64,000 bases of DNA from Parcubacteria group bacterium (GCA_016188775.1 JACPHC010000004.1:12704-76703), one strand, 5' to 3'. Shown: positions 1-9,560, counted from the stretch's first letter. Numbers and translations are program-made. Notes: a model not told the origin generated them from the letters alone.

Positions 1-86
1 AATTTTAGACTGACATAGATTATAGGTTTGATATAATCAAAATAAGAAGCGGGATAACTCGTAAATTATGGGTTCTCCGTGTGTCG

Positions 87-120
87 CAAAAAGATCTTCT
101 TGCAAAAGAGGGTCTTTTTG
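87..120. terminator. Putative intrinsic terminator
   Basis: CAAAAAGATCTTCT-loop-AGAGGGTCTTTTTG hairpin downstream of the minus-strand ORF 171..758. Confidence 0.5.
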
Positions 121-170
121 TTTCGGATAGAATTTTTAATTTTCTTGCGCCTCGCGGGCAATAATCAAAA

Positions 171-758
171 TTACTTCTCTCCTTGCATCGTGAATGACCC
201 GCCCTGGTAAAACGCTGTCCAGACCCATTTTTTCGCTTCTTTGGCGTAGTAGAACTTAAATTCGGAAAGGAGGCTAGGCGCCCCTCCTGCTGATTGATAC
301 AGACCGGCCGCGACCGCGTCGCTGTTGATTAAAACGCCTTTAAAAACTTGAGCAAAAGTGTCTTTTTTCTCGCTAGCGTCCCTGATTTCCCCGTTTTTGA
401 CCAAAACCGCGTAGCTCTTTTTAGCGGACGGCGAATAGAAAACCACGTTCCAGCCCGAAGCCCGGCCGTCTTTGGCGATTTCTCTGGAATCAAGAGTGAT
501 TAAAGCCAAAGTCGCGTCTTTTTGCCAAATAATGGCCGCGGGCAAAGCCAGTCGAAAGGCTTCGTCTGCCAAAAGATTGGAAACGACAGCCGGGCCGCCG
601 GGAATAATAATCCCCTGTCCGCCGCCGATTTGGGCCTGTTTTTGAACTTGGGCTTTGCCGATAAAAAACGCGGCCACTCCGGCGATCAAGGCGACGATGA
701 CTAAACTGATAAGAAAAGTTTGCTCGGAATATTTTTTTTCTTCTATTTTTTCTTCCAT
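171..758 (-). CDS. Hypothetical membrane-anchored protein
   Basis: 195-aa ORF with N-terminal hydrophobic helix (FLISLVIVALIAGVAAFFIG); co-oriented downstream of pilus cluster 1. Confidence 0.75.
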   Translation of the reverse strand: MEEKIEEKKYSEQTFLISLVIVALIAGVAAFFIGKAQVQKQAQIGGGQGIIIPGGPAVVSNLLADEAFRLALPAAIIWQKDATLALITLDSREIAKDGRASGWNVVFYSPSAKKSYAVLVKNGEIRDASEKKDTFAQVFKGVLINSDAVAAGLYQSAGGAPSLLSEFKFYYAKEAKKWVWTAFYQGGSFTMQGEK

Positions 759-764
759 AAATTG

Positions 765-805
765 AACTAGAATCTAGAAGCTAGTAACTAGAATCTAGAA
801 GCCAG
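765..805. repeat. Short heptamer tandem repeat (CTAGAAT/CTAGAAG/CTAGTAA)
   Basis: aactagaatctagaagctagtaactagaatctagaagccag seen directly. Confidence 0.7.
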
Positions 806-925
806 TAAAATAAATATAAATAAATTATTAATTGTTAAGAAAATTGTTAAGAATTTTCATTACTTTAGATAATAAGTTTTCGACCTTTTTTATTATAGCA
901 ATTAAATTCTGCCATGCGCTTATTT

Positions 926-1002
926 TGTCATTGCGAGCCGAAGGCGAAGCAATCTCAATCGTTTAGAGATTGCTTCGGCGATTTCATCGCCTCGCAATGA
1001 CA
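926..1002. repeat. REP-like palindromic element, GTCATTGCGAG...CTCGCAATGAC family, copy 1
   Basis: Terminal IR TGTCATTGCGAG/CTCGCAATGACA with inner GAAGCAATCTC/GAGATTGCTTC. Confidence 0.85.
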
Positions 1003-1020
1003 TCGGATTTTTTTCTATCC

Positions 1021-4000
1021 TTACGGCGTGTAGCTGTAAGTCAATATGATTTTAGCGTTAAGAAGATAGACTGTTGAACCAGTGGCCGTGGGAGAGACGT
1101 GAAGCGTGTATTCTTTGGTGGTGTTGGAAACGCCATTTAAGTCAGTCACGGTTTCGCAAGCGTTGCAGGCTTGAGGAGAAGCGGTGAAAACACTGGTGGC
1201 GTCGTAGAGCAGTTTGAAAGGCAGAGCCGAGGCTGGAGAAGAGAAAGTGAACTGGGCTCCCGGATAAGCTCCATAGCCGGTCGCGCCAAGATTGCCTCTT
1301 TTTAATTTAAGATCCATAGTCTGATTGGTTCCGCCTTGGGTGGTGCCGTTGATTTCAATGGCCGCGGATTTAATTTGAATATTATTTTCCGGAATGCGAA
1401 TTCGGAATTTTTTGGTAATGGCCGGAGTGGCAATGGGAGTGGCAATGGGAGAGGTGGGATTCTTTTCCTGGAAGATAAAGAATTCAACTGTTTTGGAAGG
1501 ACTGGTAGTTCCAGTGGTCAAGGAACAGAAAGGAGTGGCTGAAGGATTGAGGGCCGGACCGTTGTTGGCGCTGTCTTTGGCTGAAACTCTGAAAAAGTAT
1601 TGAGTGGAAGCGGTCAGATTTAAAAGATTAATGGTTTTAGTAAGACCAGCCTCGTTTTCAGGAATGGAAAGCATTGATGAAAGAGCATTGGGAGTGGTTA
1701 AAGAGGAATCAGTATCATACTCAATTTGGGCCGAGATTGGATAAGAATTAGCCAGATCAGAGGCGTTGAATGAAATGTTGGCTGTGGAAGCGGTAACTCC
1801 GCTATAAGCGGTGCCGCAACTGCCGCCATTTAAATTGACAACAGGCGGAGTGGTATCAACCATAAAATCAGCCGATGTTTCAGGATTGCCGCCAAATGAA
1901 ACCCAATTGGAAAGAGTGTTATTGGTCCCGCCGACAGTATCGGACCTGACTCGGGCTTGCCAGTGATAGGAGGTGCCGGAGACAAGACCGGAAACCGTCA
2001 CTTGGCCGGTGGCTGTTCCGGTTGTCCAGAGAACTCCGGTTCCTTCAACAATACCTGTTCCGTCAAAAGCTTGAGCAATGGGTTTAACTTCCACTTGAGG
2101 ATAATAGGTTTGATTGGTTTTGCCTCCGGCCATAGACATTTTGAAAATAACCGAGGATTCATTAGTGGACCCAGCAGTGGTAATGGCGGTGGAGCCGTCA
2201 GTTCGGTACTGATTAAGAGCGGTCGGGTCAATTGGTTTAGCGTCCAGAACAGTGAAAGGAGAATAACTGCCTGAACCAACTGAATTAGAAGCCACGACTG
2301 TCCAATTGCCTAAAAGTTTGTCAGTCAAATCAAAACCGCAGCCGGTCATTGAAGTGGAGCTGGCAAAAGCGCAAGCCGGGGAACTTAAAATATCGGTTTG
2401 ACTGGTCGTAGCCAATTTAACCAAAGTGTCAGCGGTGAAATTAGCGCCAGTGATAGAGACGCTGGAGATTGTTCCGTTATCAAAACCGGAAGAAGGAGAA
2501 ACGGAAGTGACAACCGGGGCAGTGGCTCGGACTTCAAAGCCGGTAGTTGAACCGTCTCCGAATTCTCCGATTTGGGTGTCTTGATTAGTCACTCGAGCTT
2601 TATAAAAACCGAGGGAAGCCGCGTTTAAATTAAAAGTGCCGGTAATGGAAGTGTAAGCGGTATTTATAGTTACGCTCGCGCCGGGGATGGCGAGAACGCC
2701 GGAACAATTATCGGTTAAACATTTAACGTATTTTAAATCATTCGTTGCCAATACTCCATTATTCGTTTCTTTATAAGCAATTTTTGCCAATCCGTCCGTG
2801 GAATCTAAAACTAAAGAAGCGAAACTGCCGGTAAAAGCATCAGTATCGCATCCTGAAAGAGTACAACCCGTATCGCCATCAAGAGTTTTTACAACTCCCG
2901 CGGAACAATTGGCGTCATTGCATCGAGCAAATCTCAATGATGATTCAGTCGAATATTTATAATAAGCAATCGCGGGATATTGATTTGAATCTAAAATCAA
3001 AGAAGGAGTATCATTAGGGCTTAAAATAGCCGTGCTTGTAGTGCAGCCGGATAAAACGCATCCGGCAATACCGTCAAGATTTACAACCGTTGCTCCGGTG
3101 CAGGCTGTGTTTGGACAACGAATATATCTAAGAGGATTGATTGAAACAATTCTGGCAAGATTATCAGAACCTAAAGCCATTGATGAATTATTTGATGAAC
3201 TGATGTCCGTAGAAACTCCGACCGCGCAATTGGCGTCAGAGCAACTGATAAATCTATTATCGAAAACAACTCTTCCAAAATCGTCTGCCGGATTTAAGGC
3301 AAGCGATATAGAATTAGCATTATAGCCAGCTCCGCAGCCGGTTAACGCGCAGCCTGTTCCGCTAATTGGCGTAATAATTCCTGAAGCGCAATTAATATCG
3401 GCGCATTTGGCATACTTAACCTGAGAAGTGGCGGGGTCTCCGTAAACAATCCTGGGAAATCCATCAGATCCAACGGCTATGGATGTAAACCGCCCCGAAT
3501 CTCCAGTGGCGCAATTAGTTAAAACACATCCGGTGTTGCCGTCAAGAAGATTCATTACGCCGGTTGAGCAATCTAAATCAGCGCAGCGAATAAATTTAAG
3601 ATCTAAATTTGAATCTTGATAAGCAATTCTGGCAAAACCGTCGGCGGAACCTATGGCAATCGAAGGATAACTGCCCGCCGCTGTTAACGTGCTGCATCCC
3701 GTAATTTTACAATTGGATCCGCCGTCAAGAGTCCTAATAATTCCGGCGCTGCAATTACTATTAGCGCAGCGAATATATTTAAGAAAACCAGCGCCACTAG
3801 CGGGACTATCGTTTTGATAAACTATTCTTGAAAATCCGTCTTGGCCTAAAATATTTTTAATATAGCTCCCCTGATTATTAGCAGTAAAGATTTCAACTGC
3901 GTTCCTAACAACGCTAACGCAATCTATGTCAACGCAACGAATATAATTCAAGTGTGGCGAAGATCCTATTGGATTAACTACAAACACAACTCTTAAAAAA

Positions 4001-6711
4001 TTACCAGAACCAAACGCAAGCTCCGCAACGCTCATAGGATTAGAGGCGTAAGTTAGAACGCCGCCAGAAATATTACCGGTAAATACTCCGGCGGAGCAAT
4101 CTTCGGCTGAACAATGAAAATATTTTAAAGGAAAAGGAGAAGCGTTGGCTAGACGATAAACAATTCTGGCAAAACCGTCGTCGGAACCTTTAATGCCGCG
4201 TATATTGGTTATGCTTAAAGCGCCGGTGTCGCATCCCGTTATAACGCAAGAAGGTCCATCAACCACTGTTATAGCGCCAGTCGAGCAATTTAAATCCGAA
4301 CATTTAGCGTATCTAAGATTAGAATTGGTAGAATCCAGATAGCTTATTCGGGCAAACCCATCATTGGCAATAAAAATAGAATTATATACTCCCGGGTCGC
4401 TCGTTGTACTGCAGCCGATTAAACCGCAGCCAGTCTCGCCGTCTATTTTTTGAACAAGACCGCTAGCGCAATCTAGATGAGTGCAGTTGATATATCTCAA
4501 TCCTGTTTCTCCTCCTCCCGTTGTAAAAATAATTTTTCCAAAATCATTTGAAGCAAGAGCAAATGACGGATTTCCCGCGCCATTCCCGGTGGAAACACTG
4601 CAGTCAGTTAACACGCACCCCGACCCCGCGACACTTGTTATAACGCCTGAAGAGCAACCAATATCAAAACAACGACTAAAATTAATGCTGCTAGAGCCAG
4701 TCCTTCTATTATGAACAATTCTGGCAAAACCGTCGGAACCTTTAATTATAGAGGTGAAACTTGTGCCATTTGCGCCATTTGTTGCGCAATTGGTTAAGAC
4801 GCAACCCGTAACGCCATCAAGAATGGCAACTGTGCCGGTTGAGCAATCTAAATCAGCGCAATGAGCATATTTTAAAATTCCAGATGTATAGGATGTATAA
4901 CTAATCATTGCAAATCCATTATTATCAAGAGTTATGGAATTGTAATGGCCTGTATTTTCAGCGGTATTGCAGCCGGTTAAAACGCAACCCGTTCCGCCAT
5001 CTAAAAGAGCGGCGGTATAGTCAGTGCAGTCTATATTTTTACATCTGACATATTTAAGATCGCCATTGGTGTCATCTCTATAACTTATTCGGGCAAATCC
5101 ATCAGTGGCAAATATTGTAAGCGATGGCGTCGCTAATATTTTACCGCTACCACTATTTTCACAGTCAGTTAATAAACAGCCGGTATTTCCATCTAAAAGA
5201 TTAACCGTACCTTCGGCGATCGTCTTCCTCAACTCCATCTTGGGCTTATTATTAACCATATCATCCGTGTCAATTCCGGCGCCGTTAAAAGTAATAGATT
5301 TGGCCGTTTCATTGTTAATTCCAAAAGTCGGAGCCACGCTGGTGACAGTTGGAGCGAAAATGGTAAAAGAACGGGTATTGGAAGTACCAGTGATTGGAGT
5401 GGAACGGGAAACAGAAATGGTTCCGGTGATGTTGGTTGATCCTTCCTGTCCCGGCACTCGGACGGCGATACAAGTATTAGTGTAAGCCGAGCCAGCGCAT
5501 TTGGTTGAGCCGGTAATTTGGGTGGCGGCTGAAGCGTTAATGGTAATAGCCCCAGCGGTTCCAAAATGATCTCCATTTAAAGCAATGACTTTGCCGATTT
5601 GATCATCCGGAGTCGTGTCTATTTGACCCGGACCTTCGATTGTTCCGGCATCATCAGCAATAGAGCAAAGACGGGGCAGAATCGTGAAAGCGAAATTAGA
5701 TGATTGGCCGGAAACAGTGACTGTGATGTTTCCGGAAATTCCGGCGTCAGAGGGAATCGCGGTGGTTATAGCCGCGTCAGTCCAATTAGTGGTTGGAGAA
5801 ACAACGATATTAGCGGAGCCATTGATGGTTAAAGTTGAAGCGTCTTGAGTGGCGCCGAAACCAGCGCCGTTGATTGAGATAGTGTCTGATTGTCTGGCTG
5901 AAGCAATACCGCTAGCAATGGATGAACCAGTCGGACAAGTAGTTTCGGCTCCAGCCTCGGTCAAGTCAACTGTTGTAATAGCCGGTCCGACGGAAAAATC
6001 CGGCGTTGTCATTTTCGTCCGGTCAGCGTCAGCCAGTTCCGAGCCTTCAACAATAAAATTGAGAGTTCGGCCGGAACTTACAACAGTGTTATGATCCCAA
6101 ACTTCAAGATAAAGATATTCGTTGGCTAAAGTAAAAGGGCCGACGGAAGAAGAGGCGGTGTTGATGGTGGAGGCGCCTCCGGTCCACCAATCAACGGCGG
6201 TCGGATCATGAGAGAAAAGAAGAACCGCTCCGGTTAAAGAAGTGTCCTGGGGAACTCGAAAAACCTGGAAGGCCGGATGAGAGGTGACGTTGGCTCTGTT
6301 GTCGGTTTTTCTGACATTGAAAGTCCAGGTTCCGGCGGCGAAAGTGCCGGACATTTGGGCGTTGGAAAACCAGCCGTAGGGTTGAGGCGTGGCTCCCGGA
6401 GTGCCGGTGGTAGTGCTTGTAACTCCCGGCCTGATAACGGTTTGGACAGCGGAAGCCGGAGAAGTAATAGCTGATGTGGTGTTTGAAGCTTGATCCGGAA
6501 CAGTTCCGTCTCTCATTATCCAAGTTCCGGCCATTCCGGAAACTTCCTGATGAAGATAAAAAGTTTTGACAGCGGCGTTAGCTGAATTTTTCTCAACGCT
6601 CACCTGCGGCGGGTTTTTGGATAAATCCAAAAAGACATCATAGGGAACCGCTGTCCCTAAAATGGATAAAGATAAAATTACGACCAGAGATAGTTTTTTA
6701 AAATAGTTCAT
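1021..6711 (-). CDS. Giant secreted surface protein/putative adhesin (IPT/TIG-like Ig domains, 14 Cys-rich beta-propeller-like repeats, FN3-like domains)
   Basis: 1896-aa ORF; signal peptide; PxVTSVxP...ITGxxF Ig motifs; repeats GFARIxY...LKYxRCxDxDC...LDGxTGCxLTGC; L(V)SGTSYHWQARV and LTASTQYFFRVSA FN3-type motifs. Confidence 0.85.
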   Translation of the reverse strand: MNYFKKLSLVVILSLSILGTAVPYDVFLDLSKNPPQVSVEKNSANAAVKTFYLHQEVSGMAGTWIMRDGTVPDQASNTTSAITSPASAVQTVIRPGVTSTTTGTPGATPQPYGWFSNAQMSGTFAAGTWTFNVRKTDNRANVTSHPAFQVFRVPQDTSLTGAVLLFSHDPTAVDWWTGGASTINTASSSVGPFTLANEYLYLEVWDHNTVVSSGRTLNFIVEGSELADADRTKMTTPDFSVGPAITTVDLTEAGAETTCPTGSSIASGIASARQSDTISINGAGFGATQDASTLTINGSANIVVSPTTNWTDAAITTAIPSDAGISGNITVTVSGQSSNFAFTILPRLCSIADDAGTIEGPGQIDTTPDDQIGKVIALNGDHFGTAGAITINASAATQITGSTKCAGSAYTNTCIAVRVPGQEGSTNITGTISVSRSTPITGTSNTRSFTIFAPTVTSVAPTFGINNETAKSITFNGAGIDTDDMVNNKPKMELRKTIAEGTVNLLDGNTGCLLTDCENSGSGKILATPSLTIFATDGFARISYRDDTNGDLKYVRCKNIDCTDYTAALLDGGTGCVLTGCNTAENTGHYNSITLDNNGFAMISYTSYTSGILKYAHCADLDCSTGTVAILDGVTGCVLTNCATNGANGTSFTSIIKGSDGFARIVHNRRTGSSSINFSRCFDIGCSSGVITSVAGSGCVLTDCSVSTGNGAGNPSFALASNDFGKIIFTTGGGETGLRYINCTHLDCASGLVQKIDGETGCGLIGCSTTSDPGVYNSIFIANDGFARISYLDSTNSNLRYAKCSDLNCSTGAITVVDGPSCVITGCDTGALSITNIRGIKGSDDGFARIVYRLANASPFPLKYFHCSAEDCSAGVFTGNISGGVLTYASNPMSVAELAFGSGNFLRVVFVVNPIGSSPHLNYIRCVDIDCVSVVRNAVEIFTANNQGSYIKNILGQDGFSRIVYQNDSPASGAGFLKYIRCANSNCSAGIIRTLDGGSNCKITGCSTLTAAGSYPSIAIGSADGFARIAYQDSNLDLKFIRCADLDCSTGVMNLLDGNTGCVLTNCATGDSGRFTSIAVGSDGFPRIVYGDPATSQVKYAKCADINCASGIITPISGTGCALTGCGAGYNANSISLALNPADDFGRVVFDNRFISCSDANCAVGVSTDISSSNNSSMALGSDNLARIVSINPLRYIRCPNTACTGATVVNLDGIAGCVLSGCTTSTAILSPNDTPSLILDSNQYPAIAYYKYSTESSLRFARCNDANCSAGVVKTLDGDTGCTLSGCDTDAFTGSFASLVLDSTDGLAKIAYKETNNGVLATNDLKYVKCLTDNCSGVLAIPGASVTINTAYTSITGTFNLNAASLGFYKARVTNQDTQIGEFGDGSTTGFEVRATAPVVTSVSPSSGFDNGTISSVSITGANFTADTLVKLATTSQTDILSSPACAFASSTSMTGCGFDLTDKLLGNWTVVASNSVGSGSYSPFTVLDAKPIDPTALNQYRTDGSTAITTAGSTNESSVIFKMSMAGGKTNQTYYPQVEVKPIAQAFDGTGIVEGTGVLWTTGTATGQVTVSGLVSGTSYHWQARVRSDTVGGTNNTLSNWVSFGGNPETSADFMVDTTPPVVNLNGGSCGTAYSGVTASTANISFNASDLANSYPISAQIEYDTDSSLTTPNALSSMLSIPENEAGLTKTINLLNLTASTQYFFRVSAKDSANNGPALNPSATPFCSLTTGTTSPSKTVEFFIFQEKNPTSPIATPIATPAITKKFRIRIPENNIQIKSAAIEINGTTQGGTNQTMDLKLKRGNLGATGYGAYPGAQFTFSSPASALPFKLLYDATSVFTASPQACNACETVTDLNGVSNTTKEYTLHVSPTATGSTVYLLNAKIILTYSYTP

Positions 6712-6806
6712 ATTTTCTAAATTTAGATTTAAAATTTAAGAATCAATCGACCTCATTCTTAAATCATAAATCTTTTTAATTAATAATTATTTTTTCGACT
6801 TTTTTT

Positions 6807-6842
6807 ACCCGCCAAAATTTTTTTATAAAAATTTTGGCGGGT
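6807..6842. repeat. Palindrome family CCCGCCAAAATT...AATTTTGGCGGG, copy 1
   Basis: acccgccaaaattttt-ttat-aaaaattttggcgggt; related copy at 15882-15913 and half copy near 16021-16035. Confidence 0.75.
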
Positions 6843-6845
6843 GAA

Positions 6846-6998
6846 TTATTTTATTTCAACGCCTAATTTTTCTTTAATGACTTTAATAACCGCTTCCAGT
6901 CTCTGATCTAAACGGCGATAAGCTTCTGAAGACATAATTAATTCTTGACGAATTTCCAAAGTCATTTTTGGTTTTTTGTTTTTTTCTGTTTTTTTCAT
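6846..6998 (-). CDS. Small (50 aa) coiled-coil protein, not in the supplied ORF track
   Basis: Manual translation MKKTEKNKKPKMTLEIRQELIMSSEAYRRLDQRLEAVIKVIKEKLGVEIK*; C-terminus resembles the two adjacent coiled-coil ORFs. Confidence 0.5.
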   Translation of the reverse strand: MKKTEKNKKPKMTLEIRQELIMSSEAYRRLDQRLEAVIKVIKEKLGVEIK

Positions 6999-7019
6999 TA
7001 TGAGATTGAATATCGAAAA

Positions 7020-7418
7020 TTATTTTATTTTTTTCTCAAGTTGAGCGACTCGGGTTTCTAAAATAGGAAGGCGGCTTAAATCTGACTTTTGAATATGTTC
7101 CAATTCTTTGTCTATTTTTGAAAGATATTCGAAAATAACTTTAAAATCTTTTCCATTTTGCTCTTCGTGTAAAATTAATTTAGTTTTTAAATCTTCGATT
7201 TTATCGCTCAATACCTTTTGCCCCATTGTCAAAAATCTTAATTCTTCTCTTGTTTCGCGCCTAAATTCTTCCGTTTCTTTTTTAATAACTTCTTGCCCTT
7301 CTTTGATTTGCTGAAATTTTGAATCAATATCTTCCAAAACAATTCCAAAATAACGATCTTTTGAAGACGAATCTTTGCTGATTTTTTTAGTTTTACTTTT
7401 ATTTTTTTCTTTCATCAT
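7020..7418 (-). CDS. Hypothetical coiled-coil protein
   Basis: 132 aa, heptad pattern, ends LETRVAQLEKKIK; overlaps the upstream ORF by 4 nt. Confidence 0.75.
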   Translation of the reverse strand: MMKEKNKSKTKKISKDSSSKDRYFGIVLEDIDSKFQQIKEGQEVIKKETEEFRRETREELRFLTMGQKVLSDKIEDLKTKLILHEEQNGKDFKVIFEYLSKIDKELEHIQKSDLSRLPILETRVAQLEKKIK

Positions 7419-7753
7419 TTAACATTTTTAATGCCGGCTTTTTTCTCCAACAGTTCTATTCTCGCCAGCGCGTCTTCAAATTCATCGCGATAGACAAAAT
7501 GTTTCCTAATTTCAGCGACATCGCGTTCTATAACGCCGAGCCTTGAATCTATATTCACAACTCTGTCTTCCAAACGATCAAATCGCCTGTCAACTTGTTC
7601 AAAGCGCTTATCAACTTGTTCAAAACGTTCATCAATCCGCTGAAAACGTTTATCAACGCTTTCAAATCCTTTGGCGACAATACGAGCAAGATTTTCTATC
7701 TCGCTTTGAACTATTCCTTTTATTTGCGATAAATCTTTTTTAGTTAAAGGCAT
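7415..7753 (-). CDS. Hypothetical coiled-coil protein with VDKRFEQ heptad repeats
   Basis: 112 aa; VDKRFQR-IDERFEQ-VDKRFEQ-VDRRFDR repeats (21-nt DNA repeats). Confidence 0.8.
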   Translation of the reverse strand: MPLTKKDLSQIKGIVQSEIENLARIVAKGFESVDKRFQRIDERFEQVDKRFEQVDRRFDRLEDRVVNIDSRLGVIERDVAEIRKHFVYRDEFEDALARIELLEKKAGIKNVK

Positions 7754-7776
7754 AAATTATTGGTTATGTTTAAATT

Positions 7777-8424
7777 CTATTGTAATTTAATCAGGCCGAC
7801 AGTTCCGGTGTTAATATTGGTCGCTGAATTATAAGTAGTCCAACCGGCGCAGGCGGAAGCGTCGCTTTGCGTTCCCGCGCCCGCGCCGCCGGACCAATCC
7901 GATTGCCGGCAAATTCGATTGGAAAGAGAACGGGTAAGATATTCAGACCAAGAAACGGATTGAGAAGTCGCCCAAGTGACATTTAAATTAACCTGCAGGG
8001 TGGAAGAATCTAAAATATTTGAAGAACAATTTACGCTGCTGGTAAAGCTGACGATGTCGCCGGTTGACGAATCCCGACAAATGTTAAAAAACTGAACTTT
8101 ACGGGTAAAAGGAATGCCGGAAATTGTGATAATTTCTTGGCCGGTAGTAAATATAAACCGAGTCGGAGAAACTTGACGGGAAGCGTAATAATCAACGCCC
8201 TTGGAAGAATTAAAAATATCAGTCCAACTGGAAGCCATAACGGAACGGGCGATTTCTATTTCTTCCTGGCCGAGCCGAGAAGCGGTTGATTGTTCTCCGC
8301 CGGATTTTTGGCCTCGCAAAGAAACAAAAGTCAATTGGGAAACGAGAAAAATAATAACCGCCACTATCGCCACCGCCAGAATCATTTCCAGCAAAATTTG
8401 TCCGTTCTCGTTTAATCTTTTCAT
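7777..8424 (-). CDS. Minor type IV pilin-like protein
   Basis: Class III signal ENG|QILLE followed by a hydrophobic helix; Cys pairs in the C-terminal domain. Confidence 0.8.
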   Translation of the reverse strand: MKRLNENGQILLEMILAVAIVAVIIFLVSQLTFVSLRGQKSGGEQSTASRLGQEEIEIARSVMASSWTDIFNSSKGVDYYASRQVSPTRFIFTTGQEIITISGIPFTRKVQFFNICRDSSTGDIVSFTSSVNCSSNILDSSTLQVNLNVTWATSQSVSWSEYLTRSLSNRICRQSDWSGGAGAGTQSDASACAGWTTYNSATNINTGTVGLIKLQ

Positions 8425-8429
8425 TAGAA

Positions 8430-8583
8430 CTTATGCAAAATATTTTTTTCGTAGCGAAAATTTAATGTTTTGAGCGAAGCGAAGCGAAAATTTCGCAGGA
8501 ATATACAAAGCATATTTCAAGAAATTTCCGCAAAGCCGCAGCCAAAACAATAAATTTGTAGTAGAAAAAGTATTTCGCATAAG
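8430..8583. mobile_element. MITE-like element with imperfect terminal IRs
   Basis: CTTATGCAAAATATTTTTT ... AAAAAGTATTTCGCATAAG, about 154 bp, non-coding, internally self-complementary. Confidence 0.55.
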
Positions 8584-8739
8584 GCCTGTAAATTCCAACC
8601 GCCTGTTTTAAGAACAGGTTTTTTTAAAGCTAAAAAAATTATACCATAGATTTCGCCTGTCCAGTTGTGGATAACTAAATTGAGCTAATTTTAGCGTTAT
8701 TTACTAATTTCTATCTATAATTTCTATCTATTTAAAGAA

Positions 8740-8785
8740 TAAACTTACATATTTACGGACGATCGTCCGTAAATATGTAAGTTTA
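8740..8785. repeat. ACGATCGT-core palindrome, copy 1 (perfect, 46 bp)
   Basis: taaacttacatatttacggacga|tcgtccgtaaatatgtaagttta, 9 bp downstream of the PaaX-like stop codon. Confidence 0.95.
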
Positions 8786-8794
8786 ATAAATTTT

Positions 8795-9355
8795 TTATTG
8801 AAGATGAAATCTATTTTTTAAATCCAAATCGATGTCTGTTTCTTTAACAATTAAAAATCTTGCATAAGCTCTCAAATTAAAAAATTCAATCACGAAATCA
8901 ATTTCATTTTTGCATTCATAAGGATAAATAAAAACGCTTTTTTGCAAAGGATAAAAACCTAATTGTTTTAATTGAAAAGTTAAAGCATTTCTTTCGCGTC
9001 TTAAACGTTCGGGAATATCAAAAATTACCACTCTCCATAATTTATCCCAATGGGGTGGTTTTTTAATTCGCATTGTTTTTAAATTATATCGCAAAAATTC
9101 TTTTTTGCCTTCTCTGTTTAAAACTAAACTAACTGTTCCGTCTTTATTTTCTTGATAATTAATTAATTTTGACCGATAAAGACGATGAATAGATTCTCTC
9201 AGACTACGATAATTAATTTTCTGCCATTCTTTGATAGCGGATTTTAAAATTCGAAAATAAGAATCTGGTCTGCGCGTTAAAGATAAAGCAACTCCCGTGC
9301 CTAACAAAATAATAATTTTTCTAGCCACCGGTCCCAATCTTTTTTTATTTGACAT
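8795..9355 (-). CDS. PaaX-like/Cas2-like protein (winged-helix plus ferredoxin-like domain), no CRISPR array
   Basis: WDKLWRVVIFDIPE...LKQLGFYPLQKSVF matches the PaaX central/Cas2-like pattern; wHTH-like SLRESIHRLYRSKLI...LVLNREG. Confidence 0.8.
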   Translation of the reverse strand: MSNKKRLGPVARKIIILLGTGVALSLTRRPDSYFRILKSAIKEWQKINYRSLRESIHRLYRSKLINYQENKDGTVSLVLNREGKKEFLRYNLKTMRIKKPPHWDKLWRVVIFDIPERLRRERNALTFQLKQLGFYPLQKSVFIYPYECKNEIDFVIEFFNLRAYARFLIVKETDIDLDLKNRFHLQ

Positions 9356-9440
9356 AAGTATTTAAATTTTTATTTAGATTTAATTTAAAATAAATAAAAT
9401 GCTTTGTTATTTCAATGATATTTCAATATTTTTAAAATTT

Positions 9441-9489
9441 TTAAATTTACATGTTTATTTACGATCGTCCGTAAATATGTAAATTTTAA
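9441..9489. repeat. ACGATCGT-core palindrome, copy 2 (imperfect), upstream of the PaaX-like gene
   Basis: ttaaatttacatgtttatttacga|tcgtccgtaaatatgtaaattttaa; right arm nearly identical to copy 1. Confidence 0.9.
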
Positions 9490-9560
9490 AAATAATATTG
9501 AATATTGAAATGGAATGGAAAATGAAAAATGGAAAATGAAAAATGAAGAAATAATATAAA

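Noticed and set aside
1021-6711. Diversity-generating retroelement target
   Set aside because: No reverse transcriptase and no TR/VR pair differing at adenines was seen; the repeats are diverged protein repeats.
8795-9355. CRISPR-Cas locus suggested by the Cas2-like motif
   Set aside because: No cas1 or other cas genes and no regularly spaced repeat-spacer array anywhere in the window.
9495-9547. Short AT-rich tandem repeats (AATGGAA/AATGAAA; also TTTATTAGACCT x2 at about 48634-48662)
   Set aside because: Low-complexity slippage repeats with no spacers or evident function.
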